NCBI RefSeq assembly: GCF_009914755.1
Contig: NC_060941.1
Source: the human T2T-CHM13v2.0 reference genome, Homo sapiens
Reading direction: 5' to 3' (one strand)
Length of the DNA stretch: 64,000 bases
Shown here piece by piece: positions 1 through 19,494 of this stretch. A model generated the notes under the pieces. It was not told where the DNA came from and made no database searches. It saw only the letters and a program-made list of their open reading frames with translations. The first letter of the stretch is position 1, and each line of letters begins with the position of its first letter. A program made the position numbers and the translations under genes.

Positions 1-308
1 CAGTGACCAGATGAGCAGAAGCAGGGGATGACGGGAGCGTGAGGAGCCAGGCTAGGGCCCCAGGCACCCCCACACTGATCCACCCAGCTCCTCGAAGCCC
101 CCCAGCCTCCACACCGTGATATTCCGCAAAGCACATACCCATTTCCCCATCTATACCATGATAATAGGCCACAGGGAGACATTGCTCATTAATGCCGGCC
201 TCCTCCTTCCAGAGAGGGGACGCAGGGACCAGGCCCAATCATGTCCAGGCCCCGAGAATCCACAGGTTGCTGGGTGGGGGGTGCTGGGCTTGGGTGTAGG
301 GGGGCTCA

Positions 309-542
<234 letters not shown>

Positions 543-570
543 TTATGCCCCAATTTGCTTTCATTTGGAA

Positions 571-583
571 ATATATATATATA

Positions 584-680
<97 letters not shown>

Positions 681-1266
681 GAGATGGAATCTCACTGTAT
701 TGTCCAGGCTGGAGTGCAGTGGTGTGGTCTCGACTCACTGACACCTCCGCCTCCCAGGTTCAAGCGATTCTTCTGCCTCAGCCTCCTGAGTAGCTGGGAC
801 TATAGGCATGTGCCACCACACCCGGCTAATTTTTGTATTTTTAGTAGAGACGGGGTTTCACCATGTTGGCCAGGCTGGTCTCGAACTCCTGCCTGACCTC
901 AAGTGATCTGGCCGCCTCGGCCTCCCAAAGTGCTGGGATTACAGGCATGAGCTACCATGCCCGGCCTATATATATATTTTTTGGGACAGAGTCTTGCTCT
1001 GTTGCCCAGGTTGGAGGGCAGTGGCACCATCATAGCTCACTGGAGCCTCGACCTCCCAGGCTCAAGCAAGCCTTCTACCTCAGTGTCCTAAGTAGCTGGG
1101 ATTACAGGCATGTGCCACCACACCCAGCTCTTTTTTAATTTTTTTTGCAGAGACAGAGTCTTGCTATGTTGTCTAGTCTGGTCTCGAACTCCTGGGCTCA
1201 AGTGATCTGGCTGCCTCAGCCTCCCAAAGTGATGAGATTACAGGCATGAGGCGACCGCGCCCAGCC
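571..1266 (-). mobile_element. AluS with (TA)/(TG) microsatellite tail, followed by AluJ
   Basis: Alu consensus, antisense; compound (TG)n(TA)n(T)n at 571-680. Confidence 0.9.
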
Positions 1267-1918
1267 TCATTCTGAATTTAAAATCGCCATTGTCTAACTT
1301 TTCTCCGTCAAGGCCAGCGTGTGTTTTCCTAACTCCTCATCCAGTCCCTCCCCTCTGCACCATGACGCTCCTGCCTGCTGCTGTGTCTTCTGCAGAGCTC
1401 TCGGGTGAACGGGGGGCGTTAACATCGCTTCCCTTTATACTCCAGACTGTGCAGGAAGCCCACGCTGCCACAAGCCGGTTTTCAATGAGCTCTTTATGGG
1501 GCACTAGACCAGACTGTCAGAAACACTGATCCGTTCTCGTCCTCCCAAAGGAAGCGGACACTGCCTAGGCGGGCTGCTGATGCCAGGGAGACACTGTCCC
1601 CTGCTCACCCATGTCAAAGAAAGCCCCCAGCCCTCAGAAGAGAGACTGAGAGTCCAGGCCTAGGGGGTGAAATGAAAACAGCCAGGGCCCCAGGGTTACC
1701 AGCAAGCACTTTCTTGGGGCTGGCCCTTCCTGTGTGCCCCTGACCACGATGAGAGTGAGCCCGGTTCCTGGCTTTACTCCCTGTGATATTTCGGGCCCAG
1801 GAAGGAGGGGGTAGGGCCCGAGTCAAGGGCTGCACAGGCAGCAGCTGTGGCTCAGGAAGGAGCCCCTCTGGGAAGTGAAACTGACCAGAAAGTGTCACGT
1901 GGGTACATCTGTTACCTA

Positions 1919-2176
<258 letters not shown>

Positions 2177-2252
2177 TCAGGACCCTGATGCCAGGGCACG
2201 CAGCCCAGACCAAGAACCAACTTGCCTAAAGTTGGTTCAAACATCTCTGGGC

Positions 2253-2526
2253 GGCTGGGCGCGGTGGCTCACGCCTGTAATCCCAGCACTTTGGGAGGCC
2301 GAGGTGGGGGGATCACGAGGTCAGGAGATCGAGACCATCCTGGCCAACATGGTGAAACCCCGTCTCTACTAAAAATACAAAAAATTAGCTAGGCGTGGTG
2401 GCACGTGCCTGTAATCCCAGCTACTCGGGAGGCTGAGGCAGGATGGCTTGAACCCAGGAGGCAGCGGTTATAGTAAGCCGAGATCGCGCCACTGCACTCC
2501 AGCCTGGCGACAGAGCAAGACTCTGT

Positions 2527-2575
<49 letters not shown>
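2253..2575 (+). mobile_element. AluS with (AC)n tail
   Basis: GGCTGGGCGCGGTGGCTCAC start; about 21 AC units. Confidence 0.9.
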
Positions 2576-2576
<1 letters not shown>

Positions 2577-2780
2577 CCAAAAACAAACCATCCCTGGGGA
2601 CTAAACCCAGCCTGAACCAGGCTGAACCTCAGGCCCAGTGGTTGGAGTGAGGTCTATTTCTGACCATCATTTGCATCCCGGACCATATGGGTCTGGGAGG
2701 TCCTCAACTTACTACCTCATTCAATTTCTGATCTCTCCGCTTGAGGCAAGAACCAAACCCTGAAAAGAGCATGAAGATGC

Positions 2781-5055
<2,275 letters not shown>

Positions 5056-5561
5056 CTACCTCACCTCCACCATCTCCACCTCACCTCCACCATCTCCTCA
5101 CCTGGAGGCTCACTCCACTCTCTCAATTCCTCTACCTGCTGCCTCAAGCCCCCTGAGACTGATCATTCTCCGCACCGCAGCTGGGGTCACCTCCCAAAAG
5201 CACAGATCACACCTGTTGCTTCCCTGCTCAACTCTCTCCCAGGATTTCCTGTTCTCACCCAAAGTCCAAACGTCTCACTGGGACTTCCAGGACCTCTCTT
5301 CGTCTCTTCCTGTGCCCTTGCTTACCCCTGACCCAGCTTTCCTGGGCCCCTCATTGTCTCAAACTGGCCAAGCTCTGCCGGGGGTGGGGTTCATGATCAA
5401 AAGCAATGGAGCCGGCAGCGCATACTGGGCCAATGGTCTTGCATTTGCTGTCGGGTGAGTCACCTGACAACTCATCACCCAAGTCCTGACCTGCACAAGG
5501 GGGAGAGTAACGGTTCCTCCCCAGAGAAGCGTCTGGAGGAGCAAATGAGTGGATGATGTCA

Positions 5562-6172
5562 CCGGGCACAGTGGCTCACGCCTGTAATCTCAGCATTTTG
5601 GGAGGCTGAGGTGGGCGGATCACCTAAGGCCAGGAGTTCAAGACCAGCCTGGCCAACATGGTGAAACCCCATCTCTACTAAAAATACAAAAATTAGGCTG
5701 GGCGCGGTGACTCATGCCTGTAATCCCAGCATTTTGGGAGGCCGAGGCGGGCGGATCACCTGAGGTCGGGAGTTCGAGACCAGCCTGACCAACATGGAGA
5801 AAGCCTATCTCTACTAAAAATACAAAAAACATTAGCCAGGCATGGTGGTGCATCCCTGTAATCCCAGCTACTCGGGAGGCTGAGGCAGGAGAATCGCTTG
5901 AACCTGGAAGGTGGAGTTAGCGGTGAGCCGAAATCTCGCCATTGCACTCCAGCCTGGGCAACAACAGCAAAACTCTGTCTCAAAAAAAAAAAAAAAAAAA
6001 AAAAGAGCTGGGTGTGGTGGTGGGCACCTGTAGTCCCAGCTATTCGGGAGACTGAGGCAGGAGAATCACTTGAACCCAGGACGGGGGGTGTGGTTACAGT
6101 GAGCCGAGATCTCGCCACTGCACTCCAGCCTGGGCGACAGAGTGAGACTCCGTCTCAAACAACAACAAAAAA
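5562..6172 (+). mobile_element. Nested Alu: AluSp-like copy (5696-6005) inserted into the A-rich linker of an older AluS
   Basis: Order is left monomer, complete Alu, right monomer. Confidence 0.88.
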
Positions 6173-6174
6173 TG

Positions 6175-6638
6175 AGCAGATGGCTTCACACACTGAAGCA
6201 CTGTGTCCACACAGAAACCTGGACAGGAAGTGCCCGGCAGCACGGCTCTGCAGAGCCGGAGCAGGAAAACAGCACAAGCGCCCATCAGCAGATGAAGGCA
6301 CAAATATAAAATGTGGTTGAGCCACACAATGGAGCATCCTTCAGCCACAAAAGGAAGGAAGTCCTAACAAAGCTACAACGTGGACGAGCTTTGAGAACAT
6401 TGTGTCCAGGGACAGGAGCCAGTCACGATGGCCACCTCTGCATGAGTCCATTCATATGAAAGCTCGGAATAGAAGAGGGAAATCTATAGACAGAAGCAGG
6501 GTAGTGGTTCTTAGGACTGGGAAGGTGGGGACTGGGCGGGGGGTGACAGCTAAAGGGTGCAGGCTTTCTTTAGGGGGTGATGAAAGCAATCTGAAACTGT
6601 GGTGATAGTGGCACAATTCTGTGAATATGTATATATAT

Positions 6639-6677
<39 letters not shown>

Positions 6678-7276
6678 GTTTTTGAGACAGAGTCTTGCTC
6701 TGTCACCCAGGCTAGAGTGCAGTGGTGCGATTTTGGCTCACTGCCAACCTCCACTTCCCAGGTTCAAGCGATTCTCCTGCCTCAGTCTCCCGAGTAGCTG
6801 GGACTACAGGCGCAAGCCACCATGCCTGGGTAATGTTTGTATCTTTAGTAGAGATGGGGTTTCACCATGTTGGCCAGGCTAGTCTCGAACTCCTGACCTC
6901 AAGTTTGCTTCGGCCTCTCAGAAAGTGCTGAGATTACAGGTGTGAGCCACCATGCCCAGCCTCTGTGAATATATCAAAATCACTGAAGGTTGGGAGCGGT
7001 GGTTCATGCCTGTAATCCCAGCAATTTGAGAGATTGAGGCAGGAAGATCACTTGAGCCCAGGAGTTCAAGACCAGCCTGAGCAACATAGTGAGATCCCAT
7101 CTGTATAAAAAAATTAAAAAATTAGCCAGATATGGTGGTGCGTGCATATAGTCCCAGCTACTCAGGAGGCTGAGGCAGAAGGATGGCTTGAGCTAGGAAG
7201 GTCGAGGCTGCAGTGAACCGTGATCGCGCCACTGCACTCCAGCCTGGGTAACAGAGTGAGACCCTGTCTCAAAATA

Positions 7277-7319
<43 letters not shown>

Positions 7320-7380
7320 AAACACTGATGGTACACTTTAAATGGGTGAATCGACTGGTGTGTGAATTCTCTCTCAATGA
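6175..7380 (+). mobile_element. L1MB-like 3' end interrupted by two Alus (6678-6962 minus; 6988-7322 plus)
   Basis: Typical L1M 3'UTR text resumes after each Alu; TSD TCTGTGAATAT flanks the first Alu. Confidence 0.75.
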
Positions 7381-7508
7381 AGCAGGTGCTCCATAATGTT
7401 GGGCCTCTGTCCGAGCCAGTCACTCTGTCCCAGACCATCACACAGAGGAGGGGCTGGCTCTTCTCAGCCTCCTGGTTGCAGTTCAAGTGCCCTCCTGCCC
7501 CACCTTGA

Positions 7509-8169
<661 letters not shown>

Positions 8170-8293
8170 TGACTTTCTTCATTCACTGTCCACCGCTGTT
8201 CAGACAGAGAGCGTGGGCCCCGCAGGAGGTATCTGGACGTGGGCACAGCAGCCAGCGCCCTGGGTCCAGCCACCCGGCCGCCCAGCTTCCTAC

Positions 8294-8491
8294 CTTCGAG
8301 TCTGAGTTTGCCCGCGGCTTCCTGGGTCTTGCTGTGAAGGGCTTTAGAGCATGTTCTTGTCTTCTCCTTGCTCTGTACAGATGCTCCGGTGTCAAGCCTC
8401 AGTCTGTGGAAGGGTGGCTGGACAGACAGGTGGCTGGAAGGACAGATAGACAGCTCCAGGCCACACGGTGCAGCTTCCTGGGTACTCACAG
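8294..8491 (-). other. RHBDF2: RHBDF2 non-coding 5'UTR exon 2 (198 nt)
   Basis: Unique sequence between Alu clusters bounded by acceptor cctcctttcttccAG and donor AAG|GTAGG; agrees with recalled gene structure. Confidence 0.78.
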
Positions 8492-8799
8492 CTGGAAGAA
8501 AGGAGGGCCGGCTCCAGGGGGCATGCCCACCACTGAGTGCTTTAACCTTCCTCACCTCAGTCTCCCCATCTGTAAAATGGGGCCAATTCCACCTGCCTCA
8601 TTGGTAAGGGATTAAAGGTGCTAATCAGGCATCTCCGAGTGCCAAGCAGCGAGGGGCACTGGCCTCAGGGCGTTCACAGCCAATCACCTAACAACAGTCC
8701 TCTGGTCTGGGAACCTGATTGGAGCAGAACATTAGAGTCAAGATGGCCCCTGTTATTTTTCTCAATATTACTTGAACAGAACAGAAACATTTAACTTTC

Positions 8800-9755
<956 letters not shown>

Positions 9756-9855
9756 TCAAAGTCCAGGAATTACTAACTGCCTTCTGATACTTAAGGCAAA
9801 GTTCAAAGGATCTGGAAGTGTTTTGTTGCTTTGATTGGTAATTTATTGAACTTAA

Positions 9856-10211
<356 letters not shown>

Positions 10212-13200
10212 GCCTGTTTGTTTTTAAGAAGTCCTGCCCAGGCCATCCTTTGAGGGGAACCCCAAGATGCCGGAAGCCCTCCCGGGGCCGGGCAGGATTA
10301 AGTCCTTAACTGTGTGGGGCCTTGTTTGGCCCTTTACACACATTACCCTTCAAAACACCTTCCAGGGTGACATTAGCGTCTCTTCCATTCTGTAGATGGT
10401 GAATGGAGGCTCAGAGGGGTTCGGTAACTTGCCCAAGCTCACATAGCCAGGAAAGGGTGTAGCTAGGACGCCCGATGTCTGGCTCCAGGGCCTGGAGGCT
10501 CCTAGGGGACGGGCTCCTCTTGCCCTAAGACTGGGGCTAGAAGACCCCCTCTCAGGGAGCCAGAGAGGGAACTTGGTCCAGCATTCCAGCGCTTTCCAAA
10601 CCAAGCTCCTCAGAGGCCTGGGGGTCCCCAGCGGTGCCCAAGGGGCTGCTATGGGGCAAACCAGAGGCTGGGGAGTAGCCCACGCTCCCCATTGATTCCA
10701 CTGAGCAATGTTCCTTGACCCCCTGCATATTTGGGACATTTGGGGAGCAGAATGCTGGGTGCAGAGGAGAAATCTTGAGGCGGAGCTAGGATGTCTCCCG
10801 CTTCTTTAAGGCTAGTCCAGCAGCGCTGGCTTCGCCTCCTTCCATCCCGAAGTGCTGGGGAGTCCTGACCCCACCCCCCAGGGCAGACTGCCCGGCTGAG
10901 TATGACGAGGTCCTCAGAGATCAACCCACTGGGCTGGGTTGGTGCCAAGGAGCCCTGGCAGCCACACCGGGACCCCACTCGGTTGAAGCTGTGGCTAGGT
11001 CCCCTCATCCTAAGCCTGCTCTGGGGACAGCTCCAGGACAACAGCCTCACCTGGGACCTCTGCAAGAAAAGTTCATAGCTTGGCCTCCTTTGGGACCAGG
11101 GTACACCAAGAGGGCATGGGGAGGGCACTGCCCTGGGGAACTGGCACTGGGGGATGGGAGGCAAGCAGTGGAAGCAGCTGGGTGCAAGGGTGGGGCCTCC
11201 AGACTCCAGCTCAGTTAAGGTCGCCAAGCAGGTAGGATCTTTCTGGAACCCAGATCTGATCACACCTCCCTGGAGGTCCCTTCAGGCCTGCCCTCCCTGC
11301 CACACCCTCACCAGACAAAACACTTCCCTGTGCCATCCCCAAGCTCTCACCTCCTCTCATCTGAAGCGCTGCGCCTGGCACACCAGGCTCCACCTTGCCT
11401 GCCTGGCCAAGCCCTACTAGGAAAGTAAAATGTCACCTCCAGAGAGAATCAACCACTTTATTGCCTGCTCTCTCCAGCATCTCGCGGATTTACCTACATG
11501 TAGGAGTGCCCTACCCAACCCCGGGCAGCCCAGGATCCTGCACCCAGTGAGCCCTCATCAATGGCTAACTGAATGGGAAGCTAGTGAGAGGGTGGGGCTG
11601 GCGGTGGTCAGCCTATGTCAGCCCTGGACAGAAGTGGTCTCCCTCATCCTGCAGCTGGTCCAGGAAGCAGCCCTCTTTGGAGGGCTCCACTGAGAGCTCC
11701 TGCCCTGCTGGCTCCGTACCCACAGCAGGGCCAGGATGGAGGACGCTGCATGCTGTGCCAGAACGAGTGTCTAGTGGACCTCCCCACTAGACTCCCCACT
11801 AGACTCCCCACCTAGCTCCCTAGCCCACCACAGGCACCGCTTTTGGTTCTAGGGTTCTGCCCAGCCAGCCTCCCTGTCCCAAGGCCAGGCCATCCCAGCT
11901 GAGACCCCTGCCCAGGATCCGCTGCATGGCTGGCATCTGTGCCAACCTCCTGATGAGAGAGGCTCCCAAAACCCAACACTGAGGGAGAGGAGAGCCTGGT
12001 CAGCCCCAGGGCAATCAGTTGGGGGGGGGGTCCCGAAGAGAGGTGGCCTGACACCAGACAGCAGAGACAGGGCCAGGGCGGGTGGGCATGTCTTCCTGGG
12101 CAGGAGCCTGGCATCGGGAGTACCATCTGAACCGCAGAGCACAAGAGGCCTGGGCAGCGGCCTGAGAGCAGCCCCACCCTCTGGCCTCAGTTCCCTTCTC
12201 TGAGGGAATGGGACAAGGTCACGGCCCAGCTTTGACACCCATGAAGCCTAAACATGGAGTATGGAAGCATGACTTTGCACCAGCCACTTTCCACCATTGA
12301 GATCAACTGCCTCCAACTCGTGCAGAAGTTGGGGTGGGGGTGCAAAGGCCCAGCCCCTTCCTTGGGGCTCAGCGGGGAAAGGAGTGGGGACTGTCAGACC
12401 CACTCTGGCCTTCCTCATGGCTCAAGTCCAGATGGCAGGAACCAGACAGAAAAAAGCGCTGGAGAGCTGGAGCTACCCCACCCAGCACTTATCTCCGAGC
12501 CCTAGAGATGCTTGCTCACTGCAGGGGAAATGGTGACATCCTGGGACCAGGCTTCCTCCTGGCCCGCAGTCACATCCGCCGCTCTCTCTCTAAGACCCCC
12601 AGGCCCGCCTCCGCACCCAGCCCACAGGCGGAACACTGCCACCTGCCCAGCCAGATCCTGGCCTCACTGTGGCCAACCCCAGAGAAGGGCCTTCAGCCCC
12701 AGCCCAGCTGGGAGATGCCAAAGAGACCTGGGGAGAGGGACTGGGGCTTAGGGTGGGACAGACTCTATTTCCTCCTCCTTTAGGGTGGGGCGGGGGAAAT
12801 CCTGAAAAAAAGTGAAGTGCAGAGTTCAGATCACCCCCAGGTCCCATGGGTTGAGGCCTCTGTACCCTCCCCTGCCCAGGCTCAGGGCCTCCCCCACTGC
12901 AGATAGCTTTGGAGACAGCATAACCCAGCTGGCAGCAGCGGACCTCAGACACATCCAACGAAACACAGACTCAGACACCATTTACCACTGCTGCCCAGAG
13001 AATCTGGTTTCCCCACAAAGGGTGAGGCCAGGCACTCCCAACCAAGCCTGTTCCGCACAGCTGGGTAAGCAAGGCCACCCCCAGGGAGGTCCCCAACAGC
13101 TCTACCAGCCAGTCCAGGCAGGGTACAAGGGTCCCCCCGCCATGCGGACTGTACAAGCCACACTCCTCCACGCGGGCCCAGCCCACTGCCCCTCCCAACT

Positions 13201-15057
13201 CCCCCAGGTGCAGTTCCCTCTCTCCACCTGGTGCCACCAATCTCCCTGCACTCCCCACCCCCACACAAGTGGGTTTCTAGAAGCTCTGAGTCTTGCTAAT
13301 GAAGGGTGCAGTCCCCACAAGCCCTGGGCTCTATGGGCTTTATGGGGCAGGGCAGGGAGAGCGTGACAGGTGCAGCCCAGAGGGAAACAGGCAGAGGCTT
13401 GATGCAAGGGCTGAGCCTGCGTGTGGCCAGAAATGGGGACACAGGGGTGGGACGGGACAGGCCCTTGGATAAGAAGTAAGCAGCCCCCTCCCCTCCAGAC
13501 AGGAAAGAGGGAGACCATTATTATCCACTGGATATGACCAGGAAGTTTAGGGGGCTCAAGCCATCTGAAGACAGGATGTGGGGAAACCACCCCCTGGGCG
13601 GGAAGCTGCTTCCAGCCTGGCTCCGGAGCCGCGGGTGGGCGAGGCGTCACCTGGTGTCCCTGGGAGTGGGCAGTCAGGACAGAAGGAGGGCGGTGGGAGG
13701 CTTGGGGCCACGTCTTCGCGGCTGAATCACAGGATGCTAGGGTGAGGGCTGGGGACAAGGAAACTGCTTCTCTCCCCAGCTCCCTTGCCACAGAAACTGA
13801 AACTCATTTTCCCTGCCTGTGGCCCTGCTGGGAACCAGGGCATTTTTAGAAAGCTGCAAAGAGGAAGCTGAGCCTCACCCACTGTGCAATCCCCAGCAAA
13901 ACCCGTGGTACTGCTGACCCCGGGGTTTCTCCAGCCCCAGAGGCCCGGAAGGACAGCTCATGGCACAGCTGTTCTTACACCTCCCCATGCATCCCCAAGC
14001 TGGGCCTCACGTAGCCAGTGACGCTGCCCTGGCAAGAGGTAGAAGGGGCAAGAGTAAAGGGCAGGAAAGTGGCAAGAAGGCTGGCTGGGGGCCTGGGGGC
14101 AGAATTTGGGGAGAGTCATGAGAGGCAAAACAGAAGGGCAGGGTTGGCATGAGCTGCGGCGTGAGCTCCACCGGCAGAGTTAGCAGAGGGGAGAGGGGGC
14201 TGGGGACTCTGAGGGTGGGACACCCAGCTGTCTGTCTCCAGGAGCCAAACAGGAGCCACTCTCCCTCCCTCTCAGCACCACCTCCCCAGAGGCCGGAGCT
14301 GGTGGCAAGTGGGCGCAGACACGATCTCAACCCACTCCGCCGGTACACGCTTCAGCCCACAGCTGCTGATGGAGAGAAACAAAACGGCCTGTGGGTTCAC
14401 ACAGCTCCCCAGACATCCCACGAACAGCGGGTCCTGGCCCAGAGAGCTGTTTCTTTCTCCTCCTCGCCCCTCCAGGGCTTGCCTCGAACTCAGTTCAGAA
14501 GATCAAGAACCCCCAGGGGCAGCTTCAGGGGACTGACCATCCCCTGACTTCTCTGGGCTTTTTCCTATCCGGCCCCAGGCTCTGGGCTCCCCTTAACCCG
14601 GTTAGAGTGGCTGGGGCGTCATAAGCCAACCACAGACACGGGAAGCGGGTGCTGTGCTCCAGGGAGCCGCCAAGATCAGGGGTGTGAGGTGTGAACCTGT
14701 GTGTGTGTGTTGCGGGGGGCTGGGGGGTGACATGTCATGTTCTTAGGGTGGTGCAGCCCCTGACGCCCCCTCTGCACCAACCATCTGGGCTTTCTCAGGA
14801 CCAGTTGCCAGCAGGGATGGCAGAGATACAAATGCCCCCTCCTCGGCTGGGGTTCCTGGTCCAGGAAGCAGGCTGAGCTGGGGGTGCTGGAGTCCTGCAT
14901 CCCCGAAGCCCAATGTGCAGCAGCTGCTGGCAAGACACAGGGGTGGGCACCAAAGGAGGTGGCAGTGCAGCCAGGCCTCGAGCTGGACACAGCGCTGGGC
15001 CCCACCCACCACAGTGCCCTCCCCTGGAAATTTCTGGATTTCAAAAGCTGCTGGTGG

Positions 15058-15535
<478 letters not shown>

Positions 15536-17345
15536 TCAGCATCGTTGTGAAGGGGAGGAGTCAGAAGTGGCCCCTGGGGGCCAAAAGGCCCTGTCCATTT
15601 GGGGTCAGACACCAGGACACTGGAGGGTTTCCGGGGTGGGGTGTGCACCACACAGTGCCACAGCAACACAGGCTCGGTGGGAACTGCCCTTTGCTGCAAA
15701 CGTTCATGAAAGTCTGCCTCTCTGCATCCCGGCAGCCGGGTTTTCACGGGTCCTTGGAAGCAGTGGTGGTCCAGCACAAGCCCAGCGGTTGGGGCAGGAT
15801 GAGATGCAGCCTGGGGTCTGTGTGAGAGGTCCGTTTCACTCCTGCTGGAGGCTCCTTGACACTAAGGTGTGACCAGGCCATTTCCGTTTGTGACTGTCCC
15901 ATGTACACAGACAGGGCACTGTCCTGTGCTTACAAAGTAGGAGCCCACCCGGTTTCCACCTGCCTCCAGACAGTGAAAATCTGTCCCGATGGCAGAAGAC
16001 AGGGTCATAGGCCCATCTCTAACCACTGTGCGATCTTGGGCAAGCCACTTAACATCTCTGAGCCTCAGTTTGTGTATGCATAAGATGCTAGTATCCTCCC
16101 AGGGTCTAAGATCTATGTGACTTTGTCACCATGAACGAGGGCTCACCCCAGGAACAGCTCAGCTGAGGTACAAGGTCTCACCTATTGTACAGAGAGGTAA
16201 GCACCTTGCCCAGTGCCACCCAGCCAGAAATAGGCCTGGACTGGCTGGGTGTGAGCATGCAGAGCCCAGGGAGCCGACGGCATCCCTGGGCCCTCACCTC
16301 GACACACTCAGAGCGCTTCTGGAGGCCCAGTTCTGCCTCCGGCTGCATGGAGCCCCTCAGCAGGGAGGGAAAATGCCAGGCAGACACTTCTGAGCTTGTA
16401 AACGGTCATTAAGGAACTAATAAACCTGATTTCCCAGAACGTTGCCCTGGGGCTCCCTGCTTCCCAGGGAAGAGGCTGGCCCTAGCCCCAGTGACTGCCA
16501 GGGTTTCAGGACACGGGGACACCAGGTTGCTTGTCCCAAGCAGGCCTGCAAAGCCACGTGCTTATGGCCCACACCTTGCTTCGGGGCAGCGTGGAGCTCT
16601 CTTGCTGAGGAATGAGGAGGAATAAGGGGCCAGAGATGGGACTCAAACCTGCCTGGGCCACCTACCTGCTGGGAGACTTTGGGCAAGTGGGTGCTGCAGA
16701 GCCTGCCTCCTCTGCTGTGAGATGGGTTGATGCCCCACCACGGAGGGAGCCAGGGAAGATGACAGCAGATATGAATGTACAGTGCCTGGCACACACCCAA
16801 CGCCCAGTTGGAAGTTTCTTTTATTCCTGGCTGAGCTCTGCCACCATCGCTCACTTAGTCTCTATCTGAGCCACGAGCCCCACAGGGGACAGATCTCTAT
16901 TCGACAGGTGGGGAAACTGAGGCTCAGAGAGATGAAGTCACCTGTCCAAGGTCCCACAGTTAGGGAGGTGGTGGGGCTACAACCCCAGCCAGGGTCCCGC
17001 GCTCTTAACCTCCACACTCTGCAGCCTCTTGCCACCCTGGAACTGGTGAGGGGCAGGAGAAAAAGAACGGGTGAGGACTCTGAGTGTTTGGGGTGCTGGA
17101 GTGAGTCCTGCATGCAAAGGCCTTTGATTCATGAAGAAGGGACAGCACCTAACTGCCTGGGCAGCACTGCTCAGCTTGCAAAGGACTTTTACAGACATGA
17201 TCTCATTTAGTTGAGGCTAAGGGTGAGAGGCGGCTGTCATCATCCTCACGGGCTGGCAAGGTCAAAAGGGGCTTAGGCCAGGGTTCAAAGTCCTGTTCCC
17301 ACTCCAAACCCCACAGCAGATCCTCAACCCTCCTCTTCCAGATCT

Positions 17346-17650
17346 CTTTTTTTTTTCTTTTATTTTTTGAGACGGAGTCTCGCTCTGCTGCCCAGGCTGG
17401 AGTGCAGTAGGGTGATCTCGGCTCACTGTAAGCTCTGCCTTCTGGGTTCAAGCGATTCTCCTGCCTCAGCCTCCTGAGTAGCTGGGACTACAGGTGCATG
17501 CCACCACACCTGGCTAATTTTTTTGTATTTTTAGTAGAGACGGGGTTTCACCGTATTAGCCAGGATGGTCCCGATCTCCTGACCTTGTGACTGCCTGCTT
17601 CAGCCTCCCAAAGTGCTGGGATTACAGGCGTGAGCCACCGCGCCTGGCCC
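17346..17650 (-). mobile_element. AluSc/Y-like element
   Basis: Alu consensus; TSD CCAGATCT. Confidence 0.88.
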
Positions 17651-19375
17651 CAGATCTTCTTATGACTAAATGGAGCTGACAACCTGGGGAGACCCACTGG
17701 GAGAGGGAAAAGGGTTTCTTGCCAGAGACCGGGGCAGGAAGCCATCCCCGCACCACCTGCTGGCACAGGGTTGGCGGCCACACGGGGGAGGCAGAGGAGA
17801 AAACCAAGACTTGAGGCAGCTTTACCCTGCTCCCAGCCCCAGGAACCTACGCCAGGGAAAGCACAGCTGAGGGGCACCAACTCCATGAGCTGCCCCCCAC
17901 CCCACTGTCAGTGACACACACACACTGGCAGGCCAGGAAAACCCCTGGGCAGAGGTCAGCAGTTCATGCCCAGATGGAAACCCACCCTCACTTCCCTTGG
18001 CCAGCAAGGCACTGAGGTCCCCCTACCCCAGACACAGCCACTCCTACAGAATAACAATAACAACAGTGCCACTGCTCCATATGCGTGTTCCCATCTAGTC
18101 CTTGACAGCCCACGAGGCAGGGCCTCGGCCATCTCCCAAGTCTGTGCCATGGACCGGCAGCCACGCCCCTACCTGAAGCCACCCTAACACCATTATCACG
18201 ATGGCTCCCCGCACTGCTCCTGCCATGGCCGGGCACTGCACTGAAGGCTGCACACCTTCACCACGGGAGTCCTCACCTCACACAACCCTCCAGGTAGATT
18301 ACTGTTAGTGAGCCCACTGTGCAGCTGGGGAAACTGAGGCACAGACTAATTAAGTGAACTCATCCTACTGAGCACACACATGGACGACTGTGCCCAGCAG
18401 CCCCTGGACCTTGGCCCAGCTCCTGAAGTTTGGAATCCTCCTCCATCCTTTTCTGCTGGTCACAAGGTTCCCCTCACACTCCAAACAGTGTCTCTGGCCC
18501 ACCTCCTGCACTGCCCACTTGGCTGAAACCACTTTCCTGCAGGAGCCGGGCACTGGGGCTGGAACTGCCTTCCAGTAGCTTTTGGACCACAAACAACTCC
18601 CAGCTGGGCGCCCGGATACATTTGCTGAAGGAGGGGCCGTGGACACGGTGGCGCTTTGTACTTCCCGGAAGATGTGTTTTTCCTTACACCCATCCTAGGT
18701 CTCCTGGGAGGCAAAACGACGTTCCGGGCAGGCTTGGTTTCCCTGTGAAGCCGCCCGTGCCCTGAGAGCTGTCCCTGCCTAGCCACCACCACCGCCGAGG
18801 TCAGCCTGTACTTGGGCAGGCGCAGACGTCCCCGCCACTCCTCCCCCAGCCTGGCTCAGCTGGATAGGAAACTGGGAGCCGCTTCCGACAGCCAGCGCTT
18901 CCACAGCCGGTGCAGATGCCTGAGCTCACTCTGGAAATCCCCTGGGGCAGATGGGGCAGCGCCGAGGCCTGCTCCAGAGTGCGAGGCACAGAGATCTGGG
19001 GAGAGTGTGGAGGGGGAGAGGCAGCCAGGAGGGCACACGTCTTCCCTGTGCTGTGCCAGCGGCAGGCGGGGGCCAGGCCCAAAGGGAAGCACCAGCCAGC
19101 TGAGCCATGCCACTCGCACACTCACGGGCAGGCGTGCACAGCTCCTTGACTTCTGCTGTCATCTGTCACCTTGTCTGGGGCAGAGTTTACACAGCAAGGA
19201 CAGAAACCTTGGTGGAGAGGCCACCACAGTATCCAGAGCTGAGGCCACAGGAAAAACAGCACCACTGACCCCAGAGCAGGACTCGGGCCCCAAGTGCGTC
19301 ACCCAAAGCATTTGTAGTGTGATTTATTCCTCCTCTTATAGGAACAAAAGTCCCCCTCCTGGGCTGGAGAGAAAG

Positions 19376-19378
<3 letters not shown>

Positions 19379-19427
<49 letters not shown>

Positions 19428-19494
19428 TCTGTGTGTGTCTGTGTGTTTGTGTGTGTCTCTGTGTGTCTGTTTGTGTGTGTCTGTGTGTGTGTGT
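19379..19494 (+). repeat. Compound (GT)n microsatellite
   Basis: About 23 pure GT units then degenerate GT/CT. Confidence 0.95.

Noticed and set aside
11778-11815. 12-bp ACTCCCCACTAG x3 and similar short repeats (CCAGGG ~30335-30360, GATGAG ~48185-48217)
   Set aside because: Ordinary slippage repeats with no further signal.
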